From the NCBI GenBank assembly GCA_946615965.1, contig CAMOIC010000001.1, forward strand, positions 43,198 to 107,197: a stretch of 64,000 bases of DNA, in the 5' to 3' direction. The notes beneath the pieces were generated by a model. The model was not told where the DNA came from. It worked only from the letters and a program-made list of their open reading frames with translations, and searched no databases. This stretch comes from an uncultured Clostridia bacterium (GTDB lineage: Bacteria > Bacillota > Clostridia > Christensenellales > UBA3700). A program made the position numbers and the translations under genes. Positions 1 to 9,428 of the stretch are shown here, in pieces. Positions within the stretch are counted from its first letter, which is position 1, and every line of letters begins with the position of its first letter.

Positions 1-184
1 TTGTCCAAACTCTTAATCCTAAGAAGAATAAGAATACTAAACCCATATATAAGAACACTATTGGGAATAACAATGCAGTAGCAATCATAAACACACATAC
101 AAGATCAACAAGAAGTGCTGATACAAGTATTAAATATCTTAATGGATTCAATCTCCTATTTTGATATGAATATGTATGTCTCAT
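1..184 (-). CDS. hypothetical membrane protein, N-terminal part only (continues past window start)
   Basis: ATG at 184-182, 1 nt after the mutS2 stop. The frame stays open to position 1. My translation MRHTYSYQNRRLNPLRYLILVSALLVDLVCVFMIATALLFPIVFLYMGLVFLFFLGLRVW is strongly hydrophobic. It is absent from the supplied ORF track because it is truncated. Confidence 0.4.
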   Translation of the reverse strand, partial: MRHTYSYQNRRLNPLRYLILVSALLVDLVCVFMIATALLFPIVFLYMGLVFLFFLGLRVWT

Positions 185-185
185 G

Positions 186-2546
186 CTATTTTAGAGTAAC
201 CATAGTTACTCCAGTATCTCCTTCACCATAATTTCCAAGTCTATATTTATCAACAAGAGGACACTTTTTCAAATAATCTTGAACGTATTTTCTTAAAATA
301 CCTTCCCCTTTGCCATGAACAATTCTTACTTCTTTATAGTTTTTAGCCTTAGCTTTATATAAATAATCTTCTAATTCAAATATAGCTTCATCAGAATTCT
401 TTCCAACAATATTCAATTCTTGACCTATATTATATGAATAATCCCCTGCAAATCTAACAGTAACGTTCTTTCTCTTATCTTCTTGAGGTTTATTCTTAAC
501 TAGTACTTTTTGAAGGTCTTTTGTCTTAATTCTTGAAGATAATACGCCCATCTTTACTGTACAATCTTTACCGTTTGGAGAAATAGCAACAACAGTACCA
601 GTTTGATTTAAAGTCTTAATATAAACATCATCACCAACTAAAATCTCGCCATCAACTTTATCATAATGCATCTTTTCGTTAGTCTTAACGTCCATATTCT
701 CTAGCTTTTTCTTTAATACACGAGCTTCAAATAAGGCCTTTTCATCGCCTTGTCTAACCTTTTCTTTTAGTTCTTCAACTAAATCCTCAGCTTCTTCTAA
801 ATAATCGCCTAGAACCTCTTTAGCAGATTTTGCTAGCTTTTCTTCAAGCTTAGCCTTCTTTTCTTCAACTTGAGCTATAAGTTCATCGTATTTTTTAGCT
901 TGTTCTTGAGCTCTAACAAGTTCTCTATCTGCCTCATCTTTTAATGCTTGAGCTTCACGTCTATTTATCTCAGCGCCACGAATAATATTATTAAACTTGT
1001 TATCTTCTTCAGATATTAAGTTCTTAGCAGATGTTACGATATCTTCTCTTAAACCTAATAGCTTTGCTATTTCTAGCGCATTTGATGATGCTGTTTGACC
1101 CATTAAAAGCTTATATGTAGGTTTAAATGTTACTGGCTCAAAATCCATACCAGCAATATTTACATCATCTGCAGCATATGCATATTCTTTTAGTTCTTTA
1201 TAGTGAGATGTAACAATTGTTTTAACATGCTTATCTTTTAGATAAGAAACTACAGCAATTGCAAGAGCAGCACCCTCAACTGGATCTGTTCCAGCTCCTA
1301 ATTCATCTAATAGAACTAAACATGATGATGTAGCATTATTTGTTATATCTATAATTGTCTTTAAATGAGCTGAGAATGTAGATAAACTGTTTTCAATTGA
1401 TTGATTATCTCCAATATCGCATAATACATCAGAAAATACAGATATTTTGCTACCTTCCACTGCAGGGATAAAAATACCTGACATAGCCATTAGCGTTAAA
1501 ATACCTACAAGTTTAATAGAAACTGTCTTACCGCCTGTATTTGGACCAGATATTAGCAATGTATTAAACTTTTCGCCTAAAGATATTGATACAGGAACCA
1601 CTTTATCCTTGTCTAAAAGTGGATGTCTTCCTCTTATGATATCTATATGTCCATTTGGATTTAAATCTGGATATACACCTTTAATTGATCTTGAATAACC
1701 TGCTTTGGCGAAAATAATATCTAAAGATATTAATGTCTCGTATGTTGTGCAAATCTCATAATAATTTGTATCTATATCTTGAGATAGATTTCTTAGAATC
1801 TTTTCTACTTCTTTTAATTCTTCTATTTGCAATTCCCTTAACTCGTTGTTTAATTCAACAATAGCAATAGGTTCGATATATGTTGTTTGTCCAGTTGCAG
1901 ATTGATCGTGAATAAGACCTTTAACGCTACCCTTATATTCTGTTTTTACAGGAATAACATATCTGTTATTTCTTATAGTAACCAAATTATCTTGCATAAC
2001 TGATGCAAATTGGCCACCTGATATATAGGAATTTAACTTTTCTCGTATTTTTCTATTTTTACTTACAATTTCTTGTCTAATCCAAGCAAGTTTAGAAGAA
2101 GCATTTGAAGATACTTCACTCTCAGATAAAATGCAAGAATTAATCTTTTCATCAACATCTGTTGCTACAAATATTGCATTAGATATGTCTTTTAATAAAG
2201 GAAGTTCATTCTCTGGAGTAGATAAAATGTTCTTTTTTACCACTTTTCCAACGTGGATTAACTTAGCAATCTTTAATAATTGTTCACAATTAAGAGTTTT
2301 ACCCTTATGAACAAGTTCTAATGCCTCATCTACATCATCGAATCCAAAAGTAACATTAACAGCCATCTCATACATCATCTTGTCAGCTTCTTTTGTTAAA
2401 TCTAGTTCATTTTTAACTTTATCTATATTTGTATTAGGAACAAGATTTAATAAATGCTCTTTTGCTGGACGTGAATAAGCGAAGCTAGAAACTAGCTTTA
2501 AAATTTGGCTATATTCGAGAATTTGTAGAGTTTGCTCATTAATCAT
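186..2546 (-). CDS. mutS2: endonuclease MutS2 (MutS-family ATPase with C-terminal Smr domain)
   Basis: 786 aa. Walker A GPNTGGKT, long charged coiled-coil linker, C-terminal Smr-like block VRIVHGKGEGILRK. ATG at 2546. Confidence 0.9.
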   Translation of the reverse strand: MINEQTLQILEYSQILKLVSSFAYSRPAKEHLLNLVPNTNIDKVKNELDLTKEADKMMYEMAVNVTFGFDDVDEALELVHKGKTLNCEQLLKIAKLIHVGKVVKKNILSTPENELPLLKDISNAIFVATDVDEKINSCILSESEVSSNASSKLAWIRQEIVSKNRKIREKLNSYISGGQFASVMQDNLVTIRNNRYVIPVKTEYKGSVKGLIHDQSATGQTTYIEPIAIVELNNELRELQIEELKEVEKILRNLSQDIDTNYYEICTTYETLISLDIIFAKAGYSRSIKGVYPDLNPNGHIDIIRGRHPLLDKDKVVPVSISLGEKFNTLLISGPNTGGKTVSIKLVGILTLMAMSGIFIPAVEGSKISVFSDVLCDIGDNQSIENSLSTFSAHLKTIIDITNNATSSCLVLLDELGAGTDPVEGAALAIAVVSYLKDKHVKTIVTSHYKELKEYAYAADDVNIAGMDFEPVTFKPTYKLLMGQTASSNALEIAKLLGLREDIVTSAKNLISEEDNKFNNIIRGAEINRREAQALKDEADRELVRAQEQAKKYDELIAQVEEKKAKLEEKLAKSAKEVLGDYLEEAEDLVEELKEKVRQGDEKALFEARVLKKKLENMDVKTNEKMHYDKVDGEILVGDDVYIKTLNQTGTVVAISPNGKDCTVKMGVLSSRIKTKDLQKVLVKNKPQEDKRKNVTVRFAGDYSYNIGQELNIVGKNSDEAIFELEDYLYKAKAKNYKEVRIVHGKGEGILRKYVQDYLKKCPLVDKYRLGNYGEGDTGVTMVTLK

Positions 2547-2589
2547 AAGTAAATATTAGCACAATATATTATATAAATAAAAGAAAATA

Positions 2590-2603
2590 TGCGTATATAC
2601 GCA
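2590..2603. promoter_or_regulatory. perfect 14-bp palindrome TGCGTATATACGCA upstream of mutS2 (candidate operator)
   Basis: Read directly from the sequence. It lies between the upstream terminator (2623-2646) and the mutS2 start. It shares the 11-mer TTGCGTATATA (minus strand) with the promoter region at 45800-45810. Confidence 0.3.
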
Positions 2604-2612
2604 ATATTAAAT

Positions 2613-2652
2613 ATAAAGAAAAACAGAAGCTAGGGAGAGCTTCTGTTTTTTA
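2613..2652 (-). terminator. rho-independent terminator after the U32 peptidase gene (looks bidirectional)
   Basis: Stem ACAGAAGCT (2623-2631) pairs with AGCTTCTGT (2638-2646). An A-run sits on one side and a T-run on the other, so a U-tract follows the hairpin on either strand. Confidence 0.7.
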
Positions 2653-2764
2653 AAGGTTATCCTATAAGTAGAACTAAAACTACCTAAACTTTGTATTTTA
2701 GTTATACCATTAAAAAAGTGGCTCTACGGACTTTGTCAAAAAAATAACGAAATTTGGCACAAAA

Positions 2765-4957
2765 CTACTTTACTAATAAATTATAGTGCCCACTAAATGA
2801 TTCTGATTGAGGATTAATAACTTCTAAGTTCTCATAAATAAGGCCATTTACCCTATCTTTTATATCAATAATGCTTGGATGATACATCTCAAAATAGCAA
2901 TTTGTTAACTTATGTCTTGCTACTGTATACGATTTCCCTCTATTAGAATATGTAAACATGCCCTTATATTTACAATCTTTACATGTGCAACCTGTGTTTA
3001 GTTGAATTGGACAATGTGTAAATGTCATTAATGATACAGGACCATAAACATATGTATAGGCACCTTTAATATATTCATCTTTAGTTAGCTCAAGTGAGTT
3101 CAAATACAAATCAACACCTAACTCTTTAGGAAGTTTTTCATTAAAGACATTCATAGACGTTCCAAGCATTGGAATCTTATCGTATTCTAAACAAAGCTCT
3201 AACCCATAGATGTTTTCTACTACAAAACCTTTGATAAATTGTAAGTTATTTTCAATGAACTTTCTTAAAACAACCATATCTGCACCACGTGCTATTTTTG
3301 GTATTTTTAGCCATACACTTTCTATATTATTATAATTTAAGTCATTTTTCATAATATATTGACCCAATTGTGAAATTTTGTTTAGATTTATTACAACTTC
3401 ACAATCAGTCATATTTTGGCTTATTTTATCTAAAGATTCAATTTCTATAAAGTGCTTTTTAATACTAGAATCTTTCTTAAAAACTAATTCATTCTTACAA
3501 TTATTTGTTCTTTGTTTATTATCGTCATAAGATTTTAGGATGGCTTGATATAAAGAATCTACAACATCTCTCTTTGCAGCTTTCAATTTACTCATAGGAT
3601 AAAATGCACTGTTAGACATCTCGCCTTTAATAGTTCCAATTCTAAAATCAGTCTCTCCAAGTTCACTTAATTTCTTATTAACATCTTCTACAGATAAAGG
3701 CTTTCCTAAAGCTTTATCTACAATATCAAAATCTTTAGTTATAGAAACATCCCTTAAATTTGCGCTGATTTGCAAACTCTCCCCTTCAACCATACGATAT
3801 GTCATATCTATATATTGAGATAAATCTGGATTCTCGTATTCTATTACCATTTGGCTATCTAGTGTTAAATACACTTTAGCACCAACTGGATAAGTTTTAA
3901 TTGTATTAACAGAATATAGATTATTTCCTATTTGTTTAACATTATCTACTTGGAATCCACCAATTTCTTCATTATTATTAAATATCTTAAAGCCGTCTTT
4001 TAAGAAAATACCGCGTTTTGATTCTATATATAAAGATTTTCCTTGGATTTTATTAATTGTACCTATAAAATCGCCCATATTGCCTTGAACACTTGGCGAC
4101 ATAATATCTTTTGTTAAATCATAATTATATCCTGATGTAAAATTACCACGATTATACGCTCTTTTTAATTTTGTCATATAATCATTGCCTAAAACACCAT
4201 CTACAGCTTGTCTATATTGTTTAACAACCTCACCAACATATTGAGAGCCCTTTAATCTACCTTCAATTTTTAGCGAATCTACACCAGCAGCAGTCAGTTC
4301 TTTTAAATGAGTTATTAAACATTGATCAGAAGGAGATATATAATACTCTTCTTTTCCTGTTATAGATGATTTATATTTTAATCTACATGGTTGCTTACAA
4401 AGTCCTCTATTTCCGCTATCTCCGCTCATAAACGAGCTTAATAGACATCCGCCAGAAAAGGCTACGCATAACGCGCCATGTACGAAATATTCAATTTCAA
4501 GTCCTAGAGTCTTAATTTTCTTAATATCTTCTATTAAAGCTTCTCTAGATAAAACAACTCTAGTAAATCCCAATTCTTTAGCAATCTTAGCACCTTCATA
4601 GTTATGAATGCCCATTTGAGTTGATGCATGCATTGGGATATCGTATTTTCTAAATATTGGCAAAGTACCTATATCTGTAATAATAAAAGCATCTACATTT
4701 GCTTTTGCACATATATCTACTTGCTTTTCAAAATCTTTTAATTCACTATTTTTTATAGCTGTATTAAAAGTAATGTAGACCTTGACACCATGCAAGTGAC
4801 AAAGGTCTACAACTTCTTTTATATTACTTTCAGTGAAATTTTCCGCTTTTTGACGAGCATTGAACTTTCCCATGCCCATATATACCGCATCTGCTCCTGA
4901 AAAAATAGCAGATTTTAATGCACTTATAGAGCCAACTGGAGCAAGAACCTCAACCAT
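2765..4957 (-). CDS. U32 family peptidase (long form with Cys-rich C-terminal region)
   Basis: U32 signature EIEYFVHGALCVAFSGGCLLS and N-terminal GADAVYMGMGKFNAR. The first codon in the track is TTG at 4960; the ATG at 4957 is preferred. Confidence 0.85.
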   Translation of the reverse strand: MVEVLAPVGSISALKSAIFSGADAVYMGMGKFNARQKAENFTESNIKEVVDLCHLHGVKVYITFNTAIKNSELKDFEKQVDICAKANVDAFIITDIGTLPIFRKYDIPMHASTQMGIHNYEGAKIAKELGFTRVVLSREALIEDIKKIKTLGLEIEYFVHGALCVAFSGGCLLSSFMSGDSGNRGLCKQPCRLKYKSSITGKEEYYISPSDQCLITHLKELTAAGVDSLKIEGRLKGSQYVGEVVKQYRQAVDGVLGNDYMTKLKRAYNRGNFTSGYNYDLTKDIMSPSVQGNMGDFIGTINKIQGKSLYIESKRGIFLKDGFKIFNNNEEIGGFQVDNVKQIGNNLYSVNTIKTYPVGAKVYLTLDSQMVIEYENPDLSQYIDMTYRMVEGESLQISANLRDVSITKDFDIVDKALGKPLSVEDVNKKLSELGETDFRIGTIKGEMSNSAFYPMSKLKAAKRDVVDSLYQAILKSYDDNKQRTNNCKNELVFKKDSSIKKHFIEIESLDKISQNMTDCEVVINLNKISQLGQYIMKNDLNYNNIESVWLKIPKIARGADMVVLRKFIENNLQFIKGFVVENIYGLELCLEYDKIPMLGTSMNVFNEKLPKELGVDLYLNSLELTKDEYIKGAYTYVYGPVSLMTFTHCPIQLNTGCTCKDCKYKGMFTYSNRGKSYTVARHKLTNCYFEMYHPSIIDIKDRVNGLIYENLEVINPQSESFSGHYNLLVK

Positions 4958-4960
4958 CAA

Positions 4961-7375
4961 TTATTGTCTTAATTCAGCGTTAAATTCAGCTTGTAACTTA
5001 GTAAAGATTCTATTCATCTTTGCTGTTACTTCTTCATCTGTAAGAGTTCTATCTGGTAATCTAAAGATCATATTGATAGCAACTGACTTCTTATCTCCGC
5101 CTAATTGTTCAGCATTTCTATAGATATCAAATACTGAGACTTCCTTAAGCATGTTTCCGCCGCCTTTTCTTACAGAAGCAAGTAAATCACCAACTGCAAC
5201 ATCTTCGTTCACAACAACGGCCAAATCTCTTTCCATTGGTGGGAATTTACCGATTTCTTCGAACTTATACTTATAATTAGCGATTTCATTTAATGTAGCT
5301 AAGTTGATTTCTGCGATATATAATCTATCTTTAACATCAAATGACTTAGATACTTCTGGATGAACTTCACCAATATATCCAACATATCTATTGTTTTGAG
5401 CATAAACATCAGCACTCTTACCAATATGAAGATATGGAACTTCAGATCTCTTTAAGTATATATTCTTAACATTGAACTTATTAAGAATAGCCATAACAAC
5501 AGCTTTTAATGTATAGAAGTCTTCATCTTTTCCATAAGCACCAATGATTAAATTTTGATGTTCAACAGGAAGTTCTGTTAGAGGAAGAGCTTTTGGTTCA
5601 TATACAGTAGAAACTTCAAACAACTTAGCACTCTTAATATTCTTTAAATAGTTAGAAGCTAAGCTTGCTAACATAGAAGGAGCAAGAGTTGTTCTCATTA
5701 CTGACATATCTTCTCCAAGTGGATTCAATAATGTAATGTAGTTTCTTAAAGCATGTCCTTGAGGAATTCTTAATTGATCATATGCTTTTGGTGAGATAAA
5801 TGAATATGTTAACGATTCAGAATATCCGTTAGAAACACAGATTTCTTTCACCATCTTTATATTCTTTTGTTCTTGAGTATATCCACCTTGTGTATGAGCT
5901 GATTCTTGAAGCATTGTATCAACAATCTTGTCATAACCATATAATCTAATTACTTCTTCTGCTAAATCGTTAGCATTTTCAATATCATCTCTAAATAATG
6001 GAGCTACACTTGTAATCTTGCCATTATTATCAATCTTTGTTTCGATTTGTAAGCTGTTTAAAACCTTACTGATAACATCAGCTGGTACTTCAATACCTAA
6101 TATGCTGTTAATTTCATTAACAGAAGTTTCAATAACAACTGGTGTTAATTCCTTATCTAAAGAATCAATAATACCTTCAGCAATATCTCCACAATTCATT
6201 TCTTGAATTAAATGTAATGCTCTTCTTAATCCCATATTTTGAGATTCGAAATCAATACCTTTTTCAAATCTTGCAGATGAATCTGAACGAAGATTTAATG
6301 TTCTTGATGTACGTCTAATAGAATCTCTTGCGAATTTAGCAGATTCAAATATAACTGTTCCTGTTGTATCTTTAATACCACTGTTTAATCCACCCATGAT
6401 ACCAGCAACACAAGCAGGCTTTACAGCATCGCAAATCATTAACATTGAATTATCTAATGTATTTTCTTTTTCATCAAGAGTAACAATCTTTTCACCGTCA
6501 TTTGCACGTCTAACGTTAATAGCATGACCCTCTAAGAAGTCTTGATCAAAAGCATGCATTGGTTGTCCAATTTCTGTTAATACATAGTTTGTAATATCTA
6601 CGATATTATTAATTGGTCTTAAACCTACGCTTAATAATCTCTTTTGAATCTTTTCTGAAGATGGTCCAATCTTTACGTTTGTTACAGCAGCAGCCATATA
6701 TCTAGGACATAAGTCCTTATCCTTAACATTTACACTAACAAAATCATTAACATTTAAACTCTTATTAGTTGTAAAGCTGAAATCTGGCATTTTTAAAGGT
6801 TTTTCAAGAACTGTAGCAACTTCTCTTGCAATACCTAAAATTGAGTTACAATCAGGTCTATTTGCTGTAACACCAATATCTAGTACTACGTCATCATTAC
6901 CAAGTATTTTGTTAATATCAGTTCCCATTGGAGCTGTTTCCTTGTTCATTATCATAATGCCGTATACTGAAGCTCCTTCATAATCAGCTTCTGTTAATTT
7001 TAATTCTTCACCAGAACATAACATACCATTAGAGTCAACGCCTCTTAATTTACCTCTCTTGATTTCTTGTCCTGTAGGAAGTAATGAATTGTGCATAGCA
7101 ACTGGAACTTTATCGCCTTCTGCAATGTTTTGAGCTCCTGTTACAATTTGAATTAAATCCTTTTCGCCTACGTCAATTTGGCAAATTTGTAAATGGTCTG
7201 AATCTGGATGTTTTTCAATTTTCTTAATTTGACCAAGTACAACATTCTTCATGTTTGAACCTTGTTCAATAATTTCTTCGATCTCAAGTCCAGCACTAAC
7301 CATCTTGTCAGATAATGTCTTTAAATCTACATCTATATCTACGAAATCTTTTAACCAACTTAATGAAACTTTCAT
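4961..7375 (-). CDS. pheT: phenylalanine--tRNA ligase beta subunit
   Basis: 804 aa with the typical N-terminus MKVSLSWLKDFVDI. Sits directly after pheS. SD GGAGG lies upstream of the ATG at 7375. Confidence 0.95.
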   Translation of the reverse strand: MKVSLSWLKDFVDIDVDLKTLSDKMVSAGLEIEEIIEQGSNMKNVVLGQIKKIEKHPDSDHLQICQIDVGEKDLIQIVTGAQNIAEGDKVPVAMHNSLLPTGQEIKRGKLRGVDSNGMLCSGEELKLTEADYEGASVYGIMIMNKETAPMGTDINKILGNDDVVLDIGVTANRPDCNSILGIAREVATVLEKPLKMPDFSFTTNKSLNVNDFVSVNVKDKDLCPRYMAAAVTNVKIGPSSEKIQKRLLSVGLRPINNIVDITNYVLTEIGQPMHAFDQDFLEGHAINVRRANDGEKIVTLDEKENTLDNSMLMICDAVKPACVAGIMGGLNSGIKDTTGTVIFESAKFARDSIRRTSRTLNLRSDSSARFEKGIDFESQNMGLRRALHLIQEMNCGDIAEGIIDSLDKELTPVVIETSVNEINSILGIEVPADVISKVLNSLQIETKIDNNGKITSVAPLFRDDIENANDLAEEVIRLYGYDKIVDTMLQESAHTQGGYTQEQKNIKMVKEICVSNGYSESLTYSFISPKAYDQLRIPQGHALRNYITLLNPLGEDMSVMRTTLAPSMLASLASNYLKNIKSAKLFEVSTVYEPKALPLTELPVEHQNLIIGAYGKDEDFYTLKAVVMAILNKFNVKNIYLKRSEVPYLHIGKSADVYAQNNRYVGYIGEVHPEVSKSFDVKDRLYIAEINLATLNEIANYKYKFEEIGKFPPMERDLAVVVNEDVAVGDLLASVRKGGGNMLKEVSVFDIYRNAEQLGGDKKSVAINMIFRLPDRTLTDEEVTAKMNRIFTKLQAEFNAELRQ

Positions 7376-7385
7376 AACTTGCCTC

Positions 7386-8405
7386 CTATTTGAATGACTT
7401 TAAGAAACGAGAATCGTTCTCAAATAAAATTCTAATATCTGGAATGCCATATTTGATCATAGCGATTCTTTCTACGCCAAGACCAAATGCAAGTCCTGAA
7501 TATTTCTTACTATCAATACCACATCTATCTAAAACCTTAGGATTTACTACACCAGCACCTAAAATTTCGATCCAACCAGTACCCTTACAAATCTTACATC
7601 CCTTACCATGACAAACAGCACAAGTAACGTCAACTTCTACTGATGGTTCTGTAAATGGGAAGTATGATGGACGGAATCTAGTCTTTGTCTCAGAATCAAA
7701 TAATGTCTTAGCAAATAAATCTAATAATCCCTTTAAATCTGTTAAAGTAACATGCTTATCTACTACTAGACCTTCAATTTGATGGAACATTGGAGAGTGA
7801 GTTGCATCATAGTCTGGTCTATAAACCTTACCTGGGCACACAAGCTTAATTGGAGGTTGTGTATTAAGCATAGTTCTTGCTTGAACAGCAGATGTTTGTG
7901 TTCTTAATAACAAATCTTCTCCAACATAGAATGTATCTTGCATATCTCTAGATGGGTGATCCTTTGGAATATTTAATAATTGGAAGTTGAACATATCTGT
8001 TTCCATTTCTGGACCTTGTGCAACTTTGAATCCTAGATTTGTGAAGATATCTAATACTTCATCAATTACTAGAGTACATGGATGTAAACTTCCTCTATTA
8101 GCATCGACATTATCTACTGTAATATCGATTCTTTCTTTCATCATTTTAGCTTCTAAGGCCTTTTGTTCTAATTGTGCAAGCTTTTCTGTAATCATCGCTG
8201 TTACTTTATCTCTTGCTTCATTAACATACTTACCTACTTCAGCTCTTTGATCTGCTGGAACATCTTTCATTCCCTTTAAAAGACCTGTGATTTCACCAGC
8301 TTTTCCTAGATACTTAACTCTAAGATCATTAATTTGAGCTACATTCTCTGAATTCTTAATGAACTCTGTAGCATTCTCAATTAATTGCTTTACCTTCTCT
8401 CTCAT
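7386..8405 (-). CDS. pheS: phenylalanine--tRNA ligase alpha subunit
   Basis: 339 aa with class II aaRS motifs (FRPSYFPFTEPSVEVD, GLGVERIAM). Preceded by a T-box leader. Confidence 0.95.
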   Translation of the reverse strand: MREKVKQLIENATEFIKNSENVAQINDLRVKYLGKAGEITGLLKGMKDVPADQRAEVGKYVNEARDKVTAMITEKLAQLEQKALEAKMMKERIDITVDNVDANRGSLHPCTLVIDEVLDIFTNLGFKVAQGPEMETDMFNFQLLNIPKDHPSRDMQDTFYVGEDLLLRTQTSAVQARTMLNTQPPIKLVCPGKVYRPDYDATHSPMFHQIEGLVVDKHVTLTDLKGLLDLFAKTLFDSETKTRFRPSYFPFTEPSVEVDVTCAVCHGKGCKICKGTGWIEILGAGVVNPKVLDRCGIDSKKYSGLAFGLGVERIAMIKYGIPDIRILFENDSRFLKSFK

Positions 8406-8408
8406 TTT

Positions 8409-8658
8409 TATACCTCAAAAAAATAAGCGCTCTATGTTATTACATAGGGCGCCATAATTTACGCTTTACCACCTAATTTCGCTTTATAAAAAGCCTCATT
8501 ATTGTTATTACGGGACAACCGTCTATACCTACTACTATTTCAGTTAGCTACTCCAGGGCGAATTCTTTATCTTAATACCTTTTGTTCTTTCAGCCTATGA
8601 AACAAAATCTCTTTTGTATTAGTTATGATAAATACGTTCCCTTTCTTAGTATTTATGC
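8409..8658 (-). promoter_or_regulatory. T-box leader riboswitch (Phe-specific) controlling pheST
   Basis: The minus strand of 8461-8479 reads AAATTAGGTGGTAAAGCGT, a T-box-like sequence. It is followed by a terminator, GCGCCCTATG/CATAGAGCGC (8427-8452) plus a U-run. Upstream the leader has AGAGA and GAA-UUC-G. The candidate Phe specifier codon UUC is at 8562-8560. Confidence 0.8.
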
Positions 8659-8665
8659 TGAATAT

Positions 8666-8694
8666 ATTTTAACATTTATATATATAAATGGCAA
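8666..8694 (-). promoter_or_regulatory. sigma-A-like promoter for the pheST T-box leader
   Basis: The minus strand reads TTGCCA (8694-8689), a 17-nt spacer, then TAAAAT (8671-8666). Confidence 0.5.
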
Positions 8695-8711
8695 CAAAAT
8701 AAAATTGCTAT

Positions 8712-8750
8712 AAATAAATACAAAAAGGCAATCATTTCTGACTGCCTTTT
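8712..8750 (-). terminator. rho-independent terminator after the 182-aa membrane protein gene
   Basis: Stem AAAGGCA (8724-8730) pairs with TGCCTTT (8743-8749). On the minus strand it is followed by TTTTTGTATTTATTT. Confidence 0.65.
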
Positions 8751-8775
8751 ATACTCCCTTAATTTTGATTAAATC

Positions 8776-9324
8776 TTATTCATAATCATAATCATCATCA
8801 TCTTCGTCATAATCACGACGAGGTCTTCTCTTTGCGCCACCTCTAGGTCTTTCATCATAAGATCTTCTTCTTGGTGCTGGCATTGGCATAGAATCCATCT
8901 CATCATCTACAACATTTTCAGCGATCTTCTTAACACTTCTCTTAGATCTTCTCTTTGGTAAGAAGATAATCATTAATAACATGAATAACCACATTAATAA
9001 TGCTGATCCTGTTACGAATAATCCACCAGCATTTATTATTGTAGCTTGAGATGCACTATTATCTACATTAACAATGTAAATAGAACCAACTCCGCCGTCA
9101 TGTAAAATAAATACTTGATTAACATCTGGAACAAAATTAGCAACGATTGGTAATTGAATTACTGTTAGTTGATCAGCAGCAGCCACCTTTGTTGCGAATT
9201 CTTCTTGATCCTCAACTCCCATATGGAAATCAGTTGCAAACGAAATTTGTTCTCCAAAACCTACAAACCCTATTGCTACAACTGTGAATACTAAAAACAA
9301 TAAAAATATTATTAGTTTTCTCAT
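8776..9324 (-). CDS. hypothetical bitopic membrane protein with a highly charged disordered tail
   Basis: 182 aa. N-terminal signal/TM (LIIFLLFLVFTVVAIGFVGF), a domain of about 95 aa, a second TM (LLMWLFMLLMIIFL), then an R/K- and D/E-rich tail ending DEDDDDYDYE. I recognise no family. Confidence 0.55.
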   Translation of the reverse strand: MRKLIIFLLFLVFTVVAIGFVGFGEQISFATDFHMGVEDQEEFATKVAAADQLTVIQLPIVANFVPDVNQVFILHDGGVGSIYIVNVDNSASQATIINAGGLFVTGSALLMWLFMLLMIIFLPKRRSKRSVKKIAENVVDDEMDSMPMPAPRRRSYDERPRGGAKRRPRRDYDEDDDDYDYE

Positions 9325-9428
9325 AATTTAGCTCTCCTTATATTCCTATATTAAATATCAAAACTTATTTTTAACTTAAAATACCCTTATATATGTAAAA
9401 TACAACATATTTAAACTAAAAACAAGTG

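Noticed and set aside
2653-2764. TTGACA hexamer (minus strand) between the U32 stop and its terminator, considered as the promoter of a small RNA.
   Set aside because: No acceptable -10 element lies 16-19 nt downstream. The region is more simply the 3' UTR of the U32 gene.
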